From positions 1 through 55,313 of the forward strand of contig JAZDNC010000037.1 of assembly GCA_043800335.1 (NCBI GenBank): a DNA stretch of 55,313 bases, given 5' to 3'. The stretch comes from Chloroflexota bacterium. GTDB lineage: Bacteria; Chloroflexota; Dehalococcoidia; Dehalococcoidales; JAZDNC01. This document shows positions 8,564 to 18,542 of the stretch, piece by piece; positions within the stretch are counted from its first letter, which is position 1; every line of letters begins with the position of its first letter. The notes beneath the pieces are model-generated. The model worked only from the letters and a program-made list of their open reading frames with translations, searched no databases and had not been told where the DNA came from. Position numbers and translations under genes: made by a program.

Positions 8564-8751
8564 GTCATTGCGAGTCCCGATGAAATCGGGACGTGGCAAT
8601 CTCAACCGATATGTCATTCCCGCACAAGCGGGAATCTAAGGCTTGGAACAAACTCAGATGATTGCCGTTCTTTTAGACTCACGGGTCAAGCCCGACAATG
8701 ACAAAGTGGTAATGGATGAGATTGCCACGTCGCTTCGCTCCTCGCAATGAC
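8564..8751. repeat. Cluster of GTCAT-tagged short palindromic repeats (REP-like), including an ATTCCC-N8-GGGAAT unit
   Basis: GTCATTGCGAG...CGTGGCAATCTC (8564-8603), GTCATTCCCGCACAAGCGGGAATCT (8613-8637), inverted unit at 8718-8751. Confidence 0.85.
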
Positions 8752-8851
8752 GTCTAGGTTATTTCCGGCAATGACGCCAATCATAAACGAGTGGACTCTT
8801 GTAAGAAACTGTTTGACAATTCCTTTTTGTTCGGTTAATGTCTTGGACATT

Positions 8852-9808
8852 ATGAAGGTTCTGGTCATGGGCGCCGGGGCAATCGGTAGTGTCTTCGGCG
8901 GGCTTCTCGCCAAAGCCGGGAGCGAGGTGAGTCTCGTCGGCAGGGGGCGCTATATGAGCGCTGTCGAAAGAAATGGGCTCATGCTCAGCGGCATCTTCGG
9001 CGAACACCACGTTACCAATCTCAAGACCTTTACCAAGGTGAGCCAGATTAAGGACAGGGACTTTGACCTTATCCTGATTACCACCAAAGCCTTTGACACC
9101 GAAGAAGCGGTTAAGGAAGTCCTCCCTCTCGTCGGAGTCAAGACCCTCGTCATCTCCCTGCAGAACGGTCTGGGCAATTTAGAAGCTATCGCCCGCCTCG
9201 CAGGAGAGGAACATGCCGTGGGCGGAAGGGTCATCTTCGGGGTTGAAATGCCCGAGGTGGGTCACGCGAAGGTCACTGTCTTCGGCGATAAGGTACTGCT
9301 GGGCAGCCCATCAGGCAAGATTCCCTTAGAGCGTATCGCTGAGGTAGCCCGGCTTTTCACGGAAGCCGGTATCCCCACCGAGGCAACGACAGAAATTAAC
9401 CACTACCTCTGGGGGAAAATCCTCTATAACTCCTGCCTCAACGCCCTCTCAGCAATTCTCGGCTCAAACTACGGCGTGCTGGGGAAAATCCCCGAGACCA
9501 GAGAGATTATGGCAGAGGTCGTTAGCGAGATATTCGCCGTGGCTAAAGGCGAGGGAGTAAAATTGGGCTTCGCGAACCCCGCGGATTACCTTTCGCTTTT
9601 TTACAGCCGGCTCCTGCCCGCTACCGCCGCTCACCACTCCTCCATGCTTCAGGACGTGAGGCAGGGCAGAAAAACCGAGATTGACGCCATGAACGGCATA
9701 ATCGTTAAGCTGGGTGAAAAGCATGGCATTGAAACCCCGGTGAACCGCCTCCTAACCCGGCTTGTCCACGCCAGGGAAAAGCTGCCAGCCAACCCGCCCC
9801 AAGGTTAG
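8852..9808 (+). CDS. panE: 2-dehydropantoate 2-reductase
   Basis: MKVLVMGAGAIG, TTKAFD, SLQNGLG, WGK..N...N, SSMLQD..GRKTEID..NG. Confidence 0.9.
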   Translation: MKVLVMGAGAIGSVFGGLLAKAGSEVSLVGRGRYMSAVERNGLMLSGIFGEHHVTNLKTFTKVSQIKDRDFDLILITTKAFDTEEAVKEVLPLVGVKTLVISLQNGLGNLEAIARLAGEEHAVGGRVIFGVEMPEVGHAKVTVFGDKVLLGSPSGKIPLERIAEVARLFTEAGIPTEATTEINHYLWGKILYNSCLNALSAILGSNYGVLGKIPETREIMAEVVSEIFAVAKGEGVKLGFANPADYLSLFYSRLLPATAAHHSSMLQDVRQGRKTEIDAMNGIIVKLGEKHGIETPVNRLLTRLVHAREKLPANPPQG

Positions 9809-9810
9809 AG

Positions 9811-10962
9811 CTAGGGAACCGGGGTTATCCCCAGTCCGCTCATGATTGCCAGCATGACCGCCGCCGCCATGACCGAACCAATCTGACCGCCGGTGTTAGC
9901 CCCTATGGCATGCCAGAGAAGAAAGTTCCTGGGGTTTGCCTTCTGTCCCTCACGCTGTACCACCCGGGCAGACATGGGAAACGCCGAGGTGCCGGCGGCA
10001 CCGAGGAGCGGATTTATCTTGCCACCGGTGATTAAGTACATGAGCTTACCCAGAAGCACCCCGGTTACAGTGTCCAGGGCAATGGCGATAAGTCCGAGCA
10101 CAAAGACCAGAATCGTCTGCCACCTGAGGAAGTCCCCTGCCAGCATGGAGGCGCCGATAGTGAGCCCCAGAAAGAGGGTGACCAGATTGACGAGCGCCCC
10201 CTCGGAGACAGAGACCAGCCGACCCACTACCCCTGACTCCTTGAGGAAATTCCCCAGCATGAGCATCCCCATGAGAGGCGCCCCCATCGGGGCGATGAGA
10301 ATGGTAAGGATACCCGTGACCAGCGGGAAGAGAAGCTTCACCTTGGGGGAGACCTTCTTTTCACCGGCAGGCATCGGGGTCATACGCTCTTTTTTCGTGG
10401 TGAGAATTCTCATGATGGGGGGCTGGATGATGGGCACCAGTGACATGTAGCCATAGGCGGCGATGGAGACCGCCGGCAGAAGCTCCCGGGCGTATTTGGC
10501 GGTGACATAGATGGCGGTAGGCCCGTCGCAGGCACCGATGATGGCGACGGAGACCGCCTGGGTCCGGGAGAAGCCGAGCATAAGCGCCAGAAACAGGGTA
10601 AGAAAGATGCCGAACTGCCCGGCGGCGCCGAAGATGAGCACCATCGGATTACCCAGCATGGGGCCAAAGTCAATCATGGCGCCAAGCCCAATGAAAAGCA
10701 GGCAGGGGAAAAGCTCGGTCAGGATGCCCGCCTTATAGAGCAGGTTGATTATCCCGCCCTCGTCCCCGGCGGCGAGTCCAGCCAGAGGCAGGTTCCCCAG
10801 AATGATACCAAAGCCGATGGGCAGAAGGAGTACCGGCTCAATCTTCTTCGCCACACCAAGGTAAAGGAGGAGACAGCCCATCAGAATCATGAGTGCCGTC
10901 TGCCAGCTAAGATTGGCAAAGCCCTGTCCCAGGCTTTCGAGAGCTTTAATCCAGACTGACAA
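9811..10962 (-). CDS. oadB: Na+-translocating decarboxylase subunit beta
   Basis: EPVLLLPIGFG, IIGACDGPTAIY, AAYGYMSLVPIIQPP, SAFPMSARV. Confidence 0.9.
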   Translation of the reverse strand: MSVWIKALESLGQGFANLSWQTALMILMGCLLLYLGVAKKIEPVLLLPIGFGIILGNLPLAGLAAGDEGGIINLLYKAGILTELFPCLLFIGLGAMIDFGPMLGNPMVLIFGAAGQFGIFLTLFLALMLGFSRTQAVSVAIIGACDGPTAIYVTAKYARELLPAVSIAAYGYMSLVPIIQPPIMRILTTKKERMTPMPAGEKKVSPKVKLLFPLVTGILTILIAPMGAPLMGMLMLGNFLKESGVVGRLVSVSEGALVNLVTLFLGLTIGASMLAGDFLRWQTILVFVLGLIAIALDTVTGVLLGKLMYLITGGKINPLLGAAGTSAFPMSARVVQREGQKANPRNFLLWHAIGANTGGQIGSVMAAAVMLAIMSGLGITPVP

Positions 10963-10979
10963 GAAAGCCTCCTCTGAGG

Positions 10980-11123
10980 TTAATCTTGCTTTTTCTCCTT
11001 GGTTTCCTGGTAGGGGAAAAGCCTGACCAGAAGCCGGATGACCAGCGTCAGCAGAAAGAGGGTTAGGAAGGTGACCCCCATCCCCATTACGGTCATGGTG
11101 AGACCAAAAGCCGCATCGGTCAA
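10980..11123 (-). CDS. oadG: Na+-decarboxylase gamma/OadG-type single-TM subunit
   Basis: GLTMTVMGMGVTFLTLFLL motif; TTG start at 11123 with AAGGAGG RBS; directly upstream of oadB. Confidence 0.75.
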   Translation of the reverse strand: MTDAAFGLTMTVMGMGVTFLTLFLLTLVIRLLVRLFPYQETKEKKQD

Positions 11124-11220
11124 ACCAATCCTCCTTGAACTGACTTGACCAAGATTATAGCATGTCGGCAATAGTGAGAGCATTGCTCGCCTGAGTTGTG
11201 TCATTGCCAAACCCCTCTCC

Positions 11221-11252
11221 GTCATTGCGAGGAACGAAGTGACGTGGCAATC
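11221..11252. repeat. GTCATTGCGAG...GTGGCAATC palindromic repeat
   Basis: Same termini as the units at 8564, 8718 and 16219. Confidence 0.8.
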
Positions 11253-11344
11253 CGCACCTCTTCTCAGTGCGATAAAGCAAGAGTCAACGATACTAACGTC
11301 GAAGGACAAGCCTCCTGTTCCGGTAAGTCACGACCAAAGGACTC

Positions 11345-12079
11345 TTATACCTGAAAATCGGGGGCGACCGGCATCTGCCTTTTATGCTCACTCCGCGCAT
11401 GAAGCGATTCAATCCTCTGCTTCACGGTATCCGTCGCCCTGCCGGTCAGGATAAAGCGGTCAAGCTCTTCGTAGCTCACGCCAAGCTCGCCCTCACCGGT
11501 CTGCCCCGGCCAGAGCCCCGGTGTCGGCGGCTTATCCACAATCACCTTGGGGATGCCCAGATGAGTCCCCAGCTCTCTCACCTGGCTCTTGACCAGATTC
11601 GCCAGAGGCACGATGTCAACCCCGCCGTCGCCGAACTTGGTGAAGTAGCCGGCGGTAATCTCACTCCGGTCACCGGTGCCGGCAACAAGGTATTTAAGCT
11701 CATTAGCGAAGTAGTAGAGGGTAGTCATCCTGAGCCTCGGCTTCAGATTAGCCATGGCAATCTGGTTCACCTTGGCATCGTCACTTAATTTCGGCAAAAC
11801 CTTGAGAAAGGCATTAAAAACACCATCCAGAGCAACTCTTCTTGACGGAATGGCGAACTTATCAATCACCATGCGGGCGTAGACCTCGTCATCGGGATGG
11901 CTCTCAATGGGCATAATCAGCCCGAGGATTCTGTCATTAAGCGCCATCTTACACAAGACCGCCATGACCGATGAGTCAATACCCCCGCTCATGCCGAAGA
12001 CGAGCCCATCGGCGCCGGCGGCGGTAACCCTGTCTCTAATCCAGGATACCAGCTTCGCGGTAAGCTCTGCACAGTCCAT
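11345..12079 (-). CDS. nadE: NH3-dependent NAD+ synthetase
   Basis: GMSGGIDS, NLKPRLRM, GYFTKFGDG, KPPTPGLWPGQT, SEHKR. Confidence 0.93.
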   Translation of the reverse strand: MDCAELTAKLVSWIRDRVTAAGADGLVFGMSGGIDSSVMAVLCKMALNDRILGLIMPIESHPDDEVYARMVIDKFAIPSRRVALDGVFNAFLKVLPKLSDDAKVNQIAMANLKPRLRMTTLYYFANELKYLVAGTGDRSEITAGYFTKFGDGGVDIVPLANLVKSQVRELGTHLGIPKVIVDKPPTPGLWPGQTGEGELGVSYEELDRFILTGRATDTVKQRIESLHARSEHKRQMPVAPDFQV

Positions 12080-12168
12080 CTGAGTCCCTCGCTATCTAAA
12101 AAACTTGCCAGAGATTATAATTAAAAGATATTACGAGAGTGTTACAACCCTGTCAGTCTCAATCAGTC

Positions 12169-13713
12169 ATGAGTATTGCCGATATTATACTCAAAAACGC
12201 CAACGTTATCACCATGAACCCCCTTAAACCCCGAGCGAGTACGGTCGCGACGGGAGAGGGAAGGATTCTTTTTGTTGGCAATGATTCGGGAGCATCCGAT
12301 TTCAGGGGCGCCAAGACCAGTGTCATTGACCTGAGTGGAAAGACTGTCCTGCCCGGCTTCAACGACGCCCACTGCCACCTCTTCTCTTTCATCCGAAAGC
12401 TGATGAGCCTCGATGTAAGCCCGGAGAAGGTCAAGTCAATCGTCGAGGTCAAAGCGCTAATCAGACGCGAGGCTGAATCAACCCCCCGTGGTCGCTGGAT
12501 TTCGGCGACTGACTTCAGCGACTTTTACGTCAACGAGAAACGTTATCCCACCCGCCGCGAGCTGGATGAGGTTTCCCCTGACCACCCGGTGGTCGTAGCC
12601 CACACCGGGCTTCATGTCTGCGTCCTGAACTCACTGGCGTTTCGACTCGCCGGTATCGGGAAAAACACCCCGGCACCCCCCGGCGCTCTCATTGAACGGG
12701 ATGCAACCGGCGAACCGACCGGGGTGCTCCACGAGATGCTGGGCTACATTAGGGAAAAAGTGATACCACCTCTGAGCGAAAACGAAATAGAAAGGGGCAT
12801 GTCCTTAGCCAGCGCACACTTCCTTGCCCTGGGCATAACCTCAGTCCAGGATGCCACGGTTGTCAATGACCCGGCCAGATGGCAGATATTAAACAGCGTC
12901 AAGGATAAAGGAATTTTTGTCCCGCGTCTCTTCATGATGTTCGGCTATGAGCATATCGGCTCATTTAGGGAGATGAGACTTACCTATGGCAGTGGTGACG
13001 AAGGACTCAGGCTGGGGGGAGTCAAGATAATCCTGACCGAGAGCACGGGCACTCTCTACCCGGAACCGGGCGAGTTGGACCAGATGGTCACAACTGCGCT
13101 TGAAGCGGATTTCCCAGTCGCCCTCCACGCCGCACAGCGCGAGTGCGTCAGCGCCGCCATCACCGCCCTGGAGCACGCCCGTGAAAAGTCCCCCGATTTC
13201 AAGCCCCGGCAGAGGATTGAGCACCTTACCGTCTGCCCACCGGACCTCCTTGAGCGTCTAAAAAAACTGAAACCGGTGGTCGCCATCCAGCCCGGCTTCA
13301 TCTACCATAGCGGGGACAGGTACCTGTCCAGGACACCCGAAGCAGATAAGCCCTATCTTTTTCGCTTCAAGTCCTTAATAGACGGCGATATTACCCTAGC
13401 GGCAAGCTCCGATACCCCGGTCAGTCCTGCCGACCCCGGGCTGGTGCTCTACGGGGCACTGACTCGCAAGACCCGAACCGGTGAGGATATTCTTCCGATT
13501 GAGAAAGTCAGCACCGCTGAGGCGCTCAGGATGTACACAGTGAACGCCGCTTATGCCTCCGGCGAGGAGGAAATCAAGGGCACTATCGCACCGGGCAGGC
13601 TGGCAGACATGGTGGTACTAAATCACAATCCGTTTGACGCATCTCCGGAAGAGATAAAAGCCCTTAAAGTAGATATGACCATCGCCGGTGGGAAAGTGGT
13701 CTGGGGAGGATGA
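12169..13713 (+). CDS. Amidohydrolase family 3 (YtcJ-like) metal-dependent hydrolase
   Basis: PGFNDAHCH, RIEH, SSDTP, GTIAPGRLADMVVL. Confidence 0.85.
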   Translation: MSIADIILKNANVITMNPLKPRASTVATGEGRILFVGNDSGASDFRGAKTSVIDLSGKTVLPGFNDAHCHLFSFIRKLMSLDVSPEKVKSIVEVKALIRREAESTPRGRWISATDFSDFYVNEKRYPTRRELDEVSPDHPVVVAHTGLHVCVLNSLAFRLAGIGKNTPAPPGALIERDATGEPTGVLHEMLGYIREKVIPPLSENEIERGMSLASAHFLALGITSVQDATVVNDPARWQILNSVKDKGIFVPRLFMMFGYEHIGSFREMRLTYGSGDEGLRLGGVKIILTESTGTLYPEPGELDQMVTTALEADFPVALHAAQRECVSAAITALEHAREKSPDFKPRQRIEHLTVCPPDLLERLKKLKPVVAIQPGFIYHSGDRYLSRTPEADKPYLFRFKSLIDGDITLAASSDTPVSPADPGLVLYGALTRKTRTGEDILPIEKVSTAEALRMYTVNAAYASGEEEIKGTIAPGRLADMVVLNHNPFDASPEEIKALKVDMTIAGGKVVWGG

Positions 13714-13717
13714 GAGC

Positions 13718-14365
13718 TTGTCCCGGTCGTATCGTTTCAGCCGTTGGCTCATCGGGAGACTCGTTTCCTTCATCAGGCTTGAGGTCAAGGGCAGAGAGAA
13801 CATACCGAAAGAGGGCGCTCTCATTGTGGTCTGCAATCACCTGAGCCTCGCCGACCCGCCCCTCCTCGCCCATGTGATTGACCGCAGGACGGTGTTTCTG
13901 GCAAAGGAAGAGCTTTTCCGCTATGGCCCCCTGGCCTACTTAGTGAGGGGCTTCGGCACCATACCGGTAAAAAAGGGCAGGATAAACCTGGATGCTTTCC
14001 GCATGGCGGAGGCGGTGCTTACTGAGGGTCTGGCTCTAGCCATCTTCCCCGAGGGAATGCGGAGCAAGAGCGACGGTCTCAGAAAGGCTTTCTCAGGGGT
14101 TGCCCTCGTCGCCCGAAGAAGCGGCGCCCCGGTGCTCCCGGTGGGTATTTCCGGCAGTGAACGAATAAAAGGGCTGGGCTGGCTCGTCAGCCGACCCGTG
14201 GTAAACGTCAGTGTCGGGAAGGTCTTTTACCCCGCATCAACTCCGGTCAAGCCAGACCGAAATACATTTGAAGAGGCGACGGATGATATAATGGGGCACA
14301 TTGCGGCGCTACTTCCCGCGACTTATCGCGGCGTCTATGCCGAAAGGGTAAAAGATGACACTTAA
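13718..14365 (+). CDS. plsC: 1-acyl-sn-glycerol-3-phosphate acyltransferase
   Basis: NHLSLAD, AKEELF, IFPEG; TTG start after GGAGG. Confidence 0.88.
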   Translation: MSRSYRFSRWLIGRLVSFIRLEVKGRENIPKEGALIVVCNHLSLADPPLLAHVIDRRTVFLAKEELFRYGPLAYLVRGFGTIPVKKGRINLDAFRMAEAVLTEGLALAIFPEGMRSKSDGLRKAFSGVALVARRSGAPVLPVGISGSERIKGLGWLVSRPVVNVSVGKVFYPASTPVKPDRNTFEEATDDIMGHIAALLPATYRGVYAERVKDDT

Positions 14366-15206
14366 GATTGAAAGAGCCACCGGCATCGGTTTCTGTTTCG
14401 GGGTGAGAAGGGCTATTGAGTTCCTCGTTGAAGCCGCCGCCACCCACGGCAGGGTGGAGACCCTGGGAGCACCGGTGCACAACCAGCCGGTGCTCAGGCG
14501 ACTTGCCGAGCGTGGAGTAGTGGTTGTTGAAAGCTTGGAAGAAGTCAGGGGAGATTGGGTTGCCATCGGCGCTCACGGGGTAAGCCCAGAGGTTGAAGCC
14601 AAGATGAAAACCAATCACCTGAACGTCATTGACACCACCTGTCCCTTCGTCCACCGCGCCCAGCTAGCTGCGGCAAGGCTTGCCGAAGCCAGCTTTTTCA
14701 CCGTAATCTACGGTGAAGCCGAACATCCCGAGGTCAGGGGAGTCCTGGGTTGGGCTAAGGGAAAGGGGCTGGCGACACTGGATGAGAAGTCACTAAGCCA
14801 GCTTACTGAGCTACCGCGCCGGCTGGGAGTCCTCTCCCAGACGACCCAAATACCGGGAGAGTTCAATCGCTTCGTCAAAAATCTAATAGATTTCGCTCTG
14901 GTCAAAGACGCCGAGCTACGCATCATTGATACTATCTGCCATGACATCCGTGAGCGGCAAGAGTCGGCGTTAAGGCTGGCGGAGAAAGTAGATTTGATGC
15001 TGGTTATCGGTGGGCACACCAGCGCCAACAGCCACCATATCGCGGAGCTGTGCGCCAAGGTCACCAGAACCCACCTGATTGAATCCGCTGCGGAAATTCA
15101 GCCCGGCTGGCTCAAGGGGAAGCCAAACATCGGTCTAACCTCAGGGGCGTCCACCGACGAGACAGCGATAGATGAGGTAGAGCAGAAGTTAAAGGAACTG
15201 TCTTGA
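14355..15206 (+). CDS. ispH: 4-hydroxy-3-methylbut-2-enyl diphosphate reductase
   Basis: GFCFGVRRA, VHN, AHG, DTTCPFV, SQTT, DTIC, SGAST. Confidence 0.93.
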   Translation: MTLKIERATGIGFCFGVRRAIEFLVEAAATHGRVETLGAPVHNQPVLRRLAERGVVVVESLEEVRGDWVAIGAHGVSPEVEAKMKTNHLNVIDTTCPFVHRAQLAAARLAEASFFTVIYGEAEHPEVRGVLGWAKGKGLATLDEKSLSQLTELPRRLGVLSQTTQIPGEFNRFVKNLIDFALVKDAELRIIDTICHDIRERQESALRLAEKVDLMLVIGGHTSANSHHIAELCAKVTRTHLIESAAEIQPGWLKGKPNIGLTSGASTDETAIDEVEQKLKELS

Positions 15207-15208
15207 AG

Positions 15209-15448
15209 CTAGATGGCGCTGAGCGCCAGACAGGTCACGGTCCGGGAGATACCAGGGACGGGGTGAATCCGGCTGGTTACCACCTCGCCGATGTCGTTGA
15301 GGGTCTCCCCTTCAATCACAGCGATCACGTCGTAGGGACCGGTGACGGCATCTACGGACTTCACCCCGGGCAACTGTTTAAGAGTGCCCACGACATCCTT
15401 GGTCTTCCCGACCACGGTCTCAATCAGCACAAAAGCCTTGTCTGCCAT
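15209..15448 (-). CDS. Lrp/AsnC ligand-binding domain protein
   Basis: KAFVLI, VTGPYDVIA, GISRTVT pattern, about 80 aa. Confidence 0.85.
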   Translation of the reverse strand: MADKAFVLIETVVGKTKDVVGTLKQLPGVKSVDAVTGPYDVIAVIEGETLNDIGEVVTSRIHPVPGISRTVTCLALSAI

Positions 15449-15526
15449 CACCCACCCTCCTTTATCAAGTTAAGCGATAAATCTATCATAACCCAAGCCC
15501 CATCATCGGTCAAGGAGAGCCGAGAA

Positions 15527-16207
15527 GTGACAGAACCGGCAACTAAAGAGAGACTGGAATTGATCTACACCAACCTCCTGAATCACTACGGACCCCAGCA
15601 CTGGTGGCCTGGGGAGGAGAGCTTTGAGGTCATGGTCGGCGCCGTCCTGACCCAGTCCTGCAACTGGGGCAACGTGGTGAAGGCGATTAATAATCTCAAG
15701 AAATCTGACGCCCTCTCACCGCAAGCCTTAAGACAGATAGGGCTTGAAGAACTCAGCCGTCTAATCCGCCCCTCGGGCTACCACAACGCCAAGGCGCTGA
15801 AGCTGAAAACACTGGCGGCGTGGCTGGGGGAACGCTGCCATGACAATATAGAAAGACTCGCCAATTACGACACAGAAGAGCTACGGCGGATGCTCTTAGC
15901 TATCTACGGCATCGGGGAAGAGACCGCCGACTCCATACTCCTCTACGCTCTGGGTAAGCCCGTCTTTGTCATTGACACCTACACCCGCCGTATCCTTAAC
16001 CGCCTCGGCATTAAGTTCAAGGGCGACCGCTACCGGGACTATCAGGCGCTTTTTATGGCAAAACTGCCGCACGACACGCGGCTATTCAACGAGTACCACG
16101 CCCTGCTGGTTCGTCTGGGTAAAGATGTCTGCCGGAAGGAGCCCGCCTGCCCGAAGTGCTGTCTTGCCGCTCAGTGTAACCGCAACCGGCTCGCCGGCGC
16201 AAAGTAA
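15527..16207 (+). CDS. Endonuclease III-like HhH-GPD glycosylase
   Basis: YGPQHWWP, GAVLTQ, GIGEETADSILLYA, FNEYHAL, Cx6Cx2Cx5C; GTG start after AAGGAG. Confidence 0.88.
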   Translation: MTEPATKERLELIYTNLLNHYGPQHWWPGEESFEVMVGAVLTQSCNWGNVVKAINNLKKSDALSPQALRQIGLEELSRLIRPSGYHNAKALKLKTLAAWLGERCHDNIERLANYDTEELRRMLLAIYGIGEETADSILLYALGKPVFVIDTYTRRILNRLGIKFKGDRYRDYQALFMAKLPHDTRLFNEYHALLVRLGKDVCRKEPACPKCCLAAQCNRNRLAGAK

Positions 16208-16218
16208 ATCAAGGGCGC

Positions 16219-16276
16219 GTCATTGCGAGGAGCCCTCACGCTTCGCTCGGGGTAAACTCCGCGACGTGGCAATCTC
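16219..16276. repeat. GTCATTGCGAG-family palindromic repeat with internal insert
   Basis: 54/58 identical to the reverse complement of 30219..30276. Confidence 0.85.
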
Positions 16277-16406
16277 ATCCATTTGTCGGGACACTCAGTA
16301 GCTCGCAATCATGATTCCGACCAACCGGAACTTTTTGTATTGCGTTACGCTAACGCCTGAGCTACACTTAAGACGGCTAAGGTAACATCCAGGCAGGCAA
16401 GGTCTC

Positions 16407-17786
16407 ATGCAGTCTCGCCCTGTGGTAAGACCGTGGCGGGTTCCACTTCCGGCAGCAGCCAGGCCGAAAACTGTCGGAGCTTCACCTTTGGTACTCATCT
16501 ACGGCTTCGCCGCCGTAATCGCCGCGGGCACCATACTCCTCATGCTCCCGGTATCAAGCCGGACGGGTGAGCCCACTCCACCCGTAAACGCCCTTTTTAC
16601 CGCCACCTCGGCGGTCTGCGTTACCGGTCTGGTCGTGGTCGATACCGGAAGCTACTGGAGCCCTTTCGGTCAGACTGTTCTTCTGATACTATTCCAGGTT
16701 GGTGGCTTCGGTTTTATGACCAGCGCCAGCATTATCTTCATGGCAATGGGCAGACGGATTGGACTACGCGAGCGACTTTTCATCGGGCAGTCGATGGGAA
16801 CGCAGAGCCCGGGCGGTATGGTCAGGCTCGTCAGAGAGTCCGCCAAGTTCACACTGATGGCTGAGGGGGCAGGCACTATCTTTCTCTTCTTGCGATTTCT
16901 GATTGGAGGTGTGTCTTTTGGCTTAGCCCTGTGGCGGGCTCTATTCCACGCCGTCTCGGCTTTTACTAATTGCGGCATGGACATTCTGGGGGACTTTAAA
17001 AGTCTCGCTGACTATCAGAAAGACCCCGTTGTCCTTCTCACCATAGCCGTGTTGTTTATCCTGGGGGGCATCGGCTACATCGTCGTGGCCGACGTGTTTA
17101 CCAAGAGGAGTTTCGGCAAACTTTTAACCGATAGCAAGATAGTGCTGGTGACCACGGCGTCACTACTCATCTTCGGCACGATATTTATCCTCTGGAGCGA
17201 GTCCTCTAACACCCTCGGGGTATTTTCCCTGCCACAAAAACTCCTCATCTCCTTTTTCCAGTCGGCGACCCCGAGAAGCGCAGGTTTCACCGCCATTGAC
17301 ATCGGTAAGATGCGGGAGGCTTCTCTGTTCCTTGTCATGTTCCTCATGTTTATTGGCGGGGCTTCGGGTTCTACCGCGGGCGGGGTCAAGGTGAGTACAC
17401 TTGGTGTGCTCATCGCCGCCGCCCTGAACTCAGCCCGGGGCAGAGAAGGCCCAGTAGCCTTCGGCAGACAGATTCCCCCGGCGAATGTGTACCGAGCCTT
17501 AGCCCTGGTTATTTTCTGCCTGGGGCTTGTCTCAGTTGTGGTGCCGGTACTGTCGCTGACCGAGGGCTTCGGATTTGTCAGCCTGCTTTTTGAGGCATTC
17601 TCGGCTCTGAGCACGGTCGGCTTGACCACGGGCATAACCCCCGGTCTGTCGGTGGCAGGCAGGCTGGTGGTCGCGCTATCTATGTTCGTTGGCCGTCTGG
17701 GTCCCCTTGTTTTCATATCAGTCATCACGGGACGCCAGCAACCGATAATCTATCACTACCCCAAGGACAACATCAGGCTCGGCTAG
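16407..17786 (+). CDS. trkH: Trk/Ktr K+ uptake membrane subunit (TrkH/KtrB)
   Basis: FTATSAVCVTGL, SAFTNCG, PRSAGF, GSTAGGVK, SALSTVGL, MFVGRLGP. Confidence 0.9.
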   Translation: MQSRPVVRPWRVPLPAAARPKTVGASPLVLIYGFAAVIAAGTILLMLPVSSRTGEPTPPVNALFTATSAVCVTGLVVVDTGSYWSPFGQTVLLILFQVGGFGFMTSASIIFMAMGRRIGLRERLFIGQSMGTQSPGGMVRLVRESAKFTLMAEGAGTIFLFLRFLIGGVSFGLALWRALFHAVSAFTNCGMDILGDFKSLADYQKDPVVLLTIAVLFILGGIGYIVVADVFTKRSFGKLLTDSKIVLVTTASLLIFGTIFILWSESSNTLGVFSLPQKLLISFFQSATPRSAGFTAIDIGKMREASLFLVMFLMFIGGASGSTAGGVKVSTLGVLIAAALNSARGREGPVAFGRQIPPANVYRALALVIFCLGLVSVVVPVLSLTEGFGFVSLLFEAFSALSTVGLTTGITPGLSVAGRLVVALSMFVGRLGPLVFISVITGRQQPIIYHYPKDNIRLG

Positions 17787-17795
17787 GAGGCGGAA

Positions 17796-18479
17796 ATGAA
17801 GAAAAAACAGGTTGCGGTCATCGGACTAGGACGGCTGGGGGACAGCGTGGCGACTACCCTCTTTGACCTGGGACACGACGTGCTGGCGCTTGACATCGAC
17901 GAGGATGCGGTGCAGAACATCGCCTCACGGGTGACCCACGCCGTTCAGGCAGACGCCACCAACGAGAGAACCCTGAGAGAGCTGGGTATCGGGAACTTTG
18001 ACATCGTCATCGTCACCACGCCAGCGGTCGAAAACAGTCTGCTCGCCACCATCCTGCTCAAGAAGCTGGGGGTGAGTTACATCATCGCCCGGGCTGACAG
18101 CGAGCTACACGGGAGCATCCTGGAGAAAATCGGGGCGGACAAGGTCATCTACCCGGAGCGTGAGATGGGGACAATGATTGCTCACGTGCTGAACATCGCC
18201 GCCGACGCCATAGACTTCATCCCGGTGGCTCCCGGCTACGGCGTGGTCAAGATGACAGCCCCGCCCTACTTTGTGGGGGAGAGTTTCTCGGCTCTCGGTT
18301 TTGGCCCCAAGGGCGAGTGGGGGGTAGCCGTATTGCTCCTGGAACGCGGTAAGGAGGTCATCATCGCCCCGCCGGACAGCGAGGTGGTGAAGGTGGAAGA
18401 TGTCCTCATCGTCGCCGGGAGTGATGAGAAGCTCGAGGCACTCCTTACCCAGGCGCAGAAAGCCAGAACCAAGCAGTAG
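17796..18479 (+). CDS. trkA: Trk/Ktr K+ uptake RCK subunit (TrkA/KtrA)
   Basis: VIGLGRLG, QADAT, IGADKVIYPEREMG. Confidence 0.9.
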   Translation: MKKKQVAVIGLGRLGDSVATTLFDLGHDVLALDIDEDAVQNIASRVTHAVQADATNERTLRELGIGNFDIVIVTTPAVENSLLATILLKKLGVSYIIARADSELHGSILEKIGADKVIYPEREMGTMIAHVLNIAADAIDFIPVAPGYGVVKMTAPPYFVGESFSALGFGPKGEWGVAVLLLERGKEVIIAPPDSEVVKVEDVLIVAGSDEKLEALLTQAQKARTKQ

Positions 18480-18542
18480 TTGAGACAAACCTCTCATCAT
18501 GATAATATTAAGGTGATTGTTCTTGGTTGATAGAGGTGACCC

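Noticed and set aside
8482-8851. N-terminal extensions of the hydrolase (to 8568) and panE (from 8747), and likewise of oadG and lexA
   Set aside because: The upstream starts fall in or near the palindromic repeats (for example CAATGAC); better starts with an RBS or family-typical N-termini lie downstream
16277-16406. c-di-AMP riboswitch expected upstream of trkH-trkA
   Set aside because: No recognisable ydaO consensus segments
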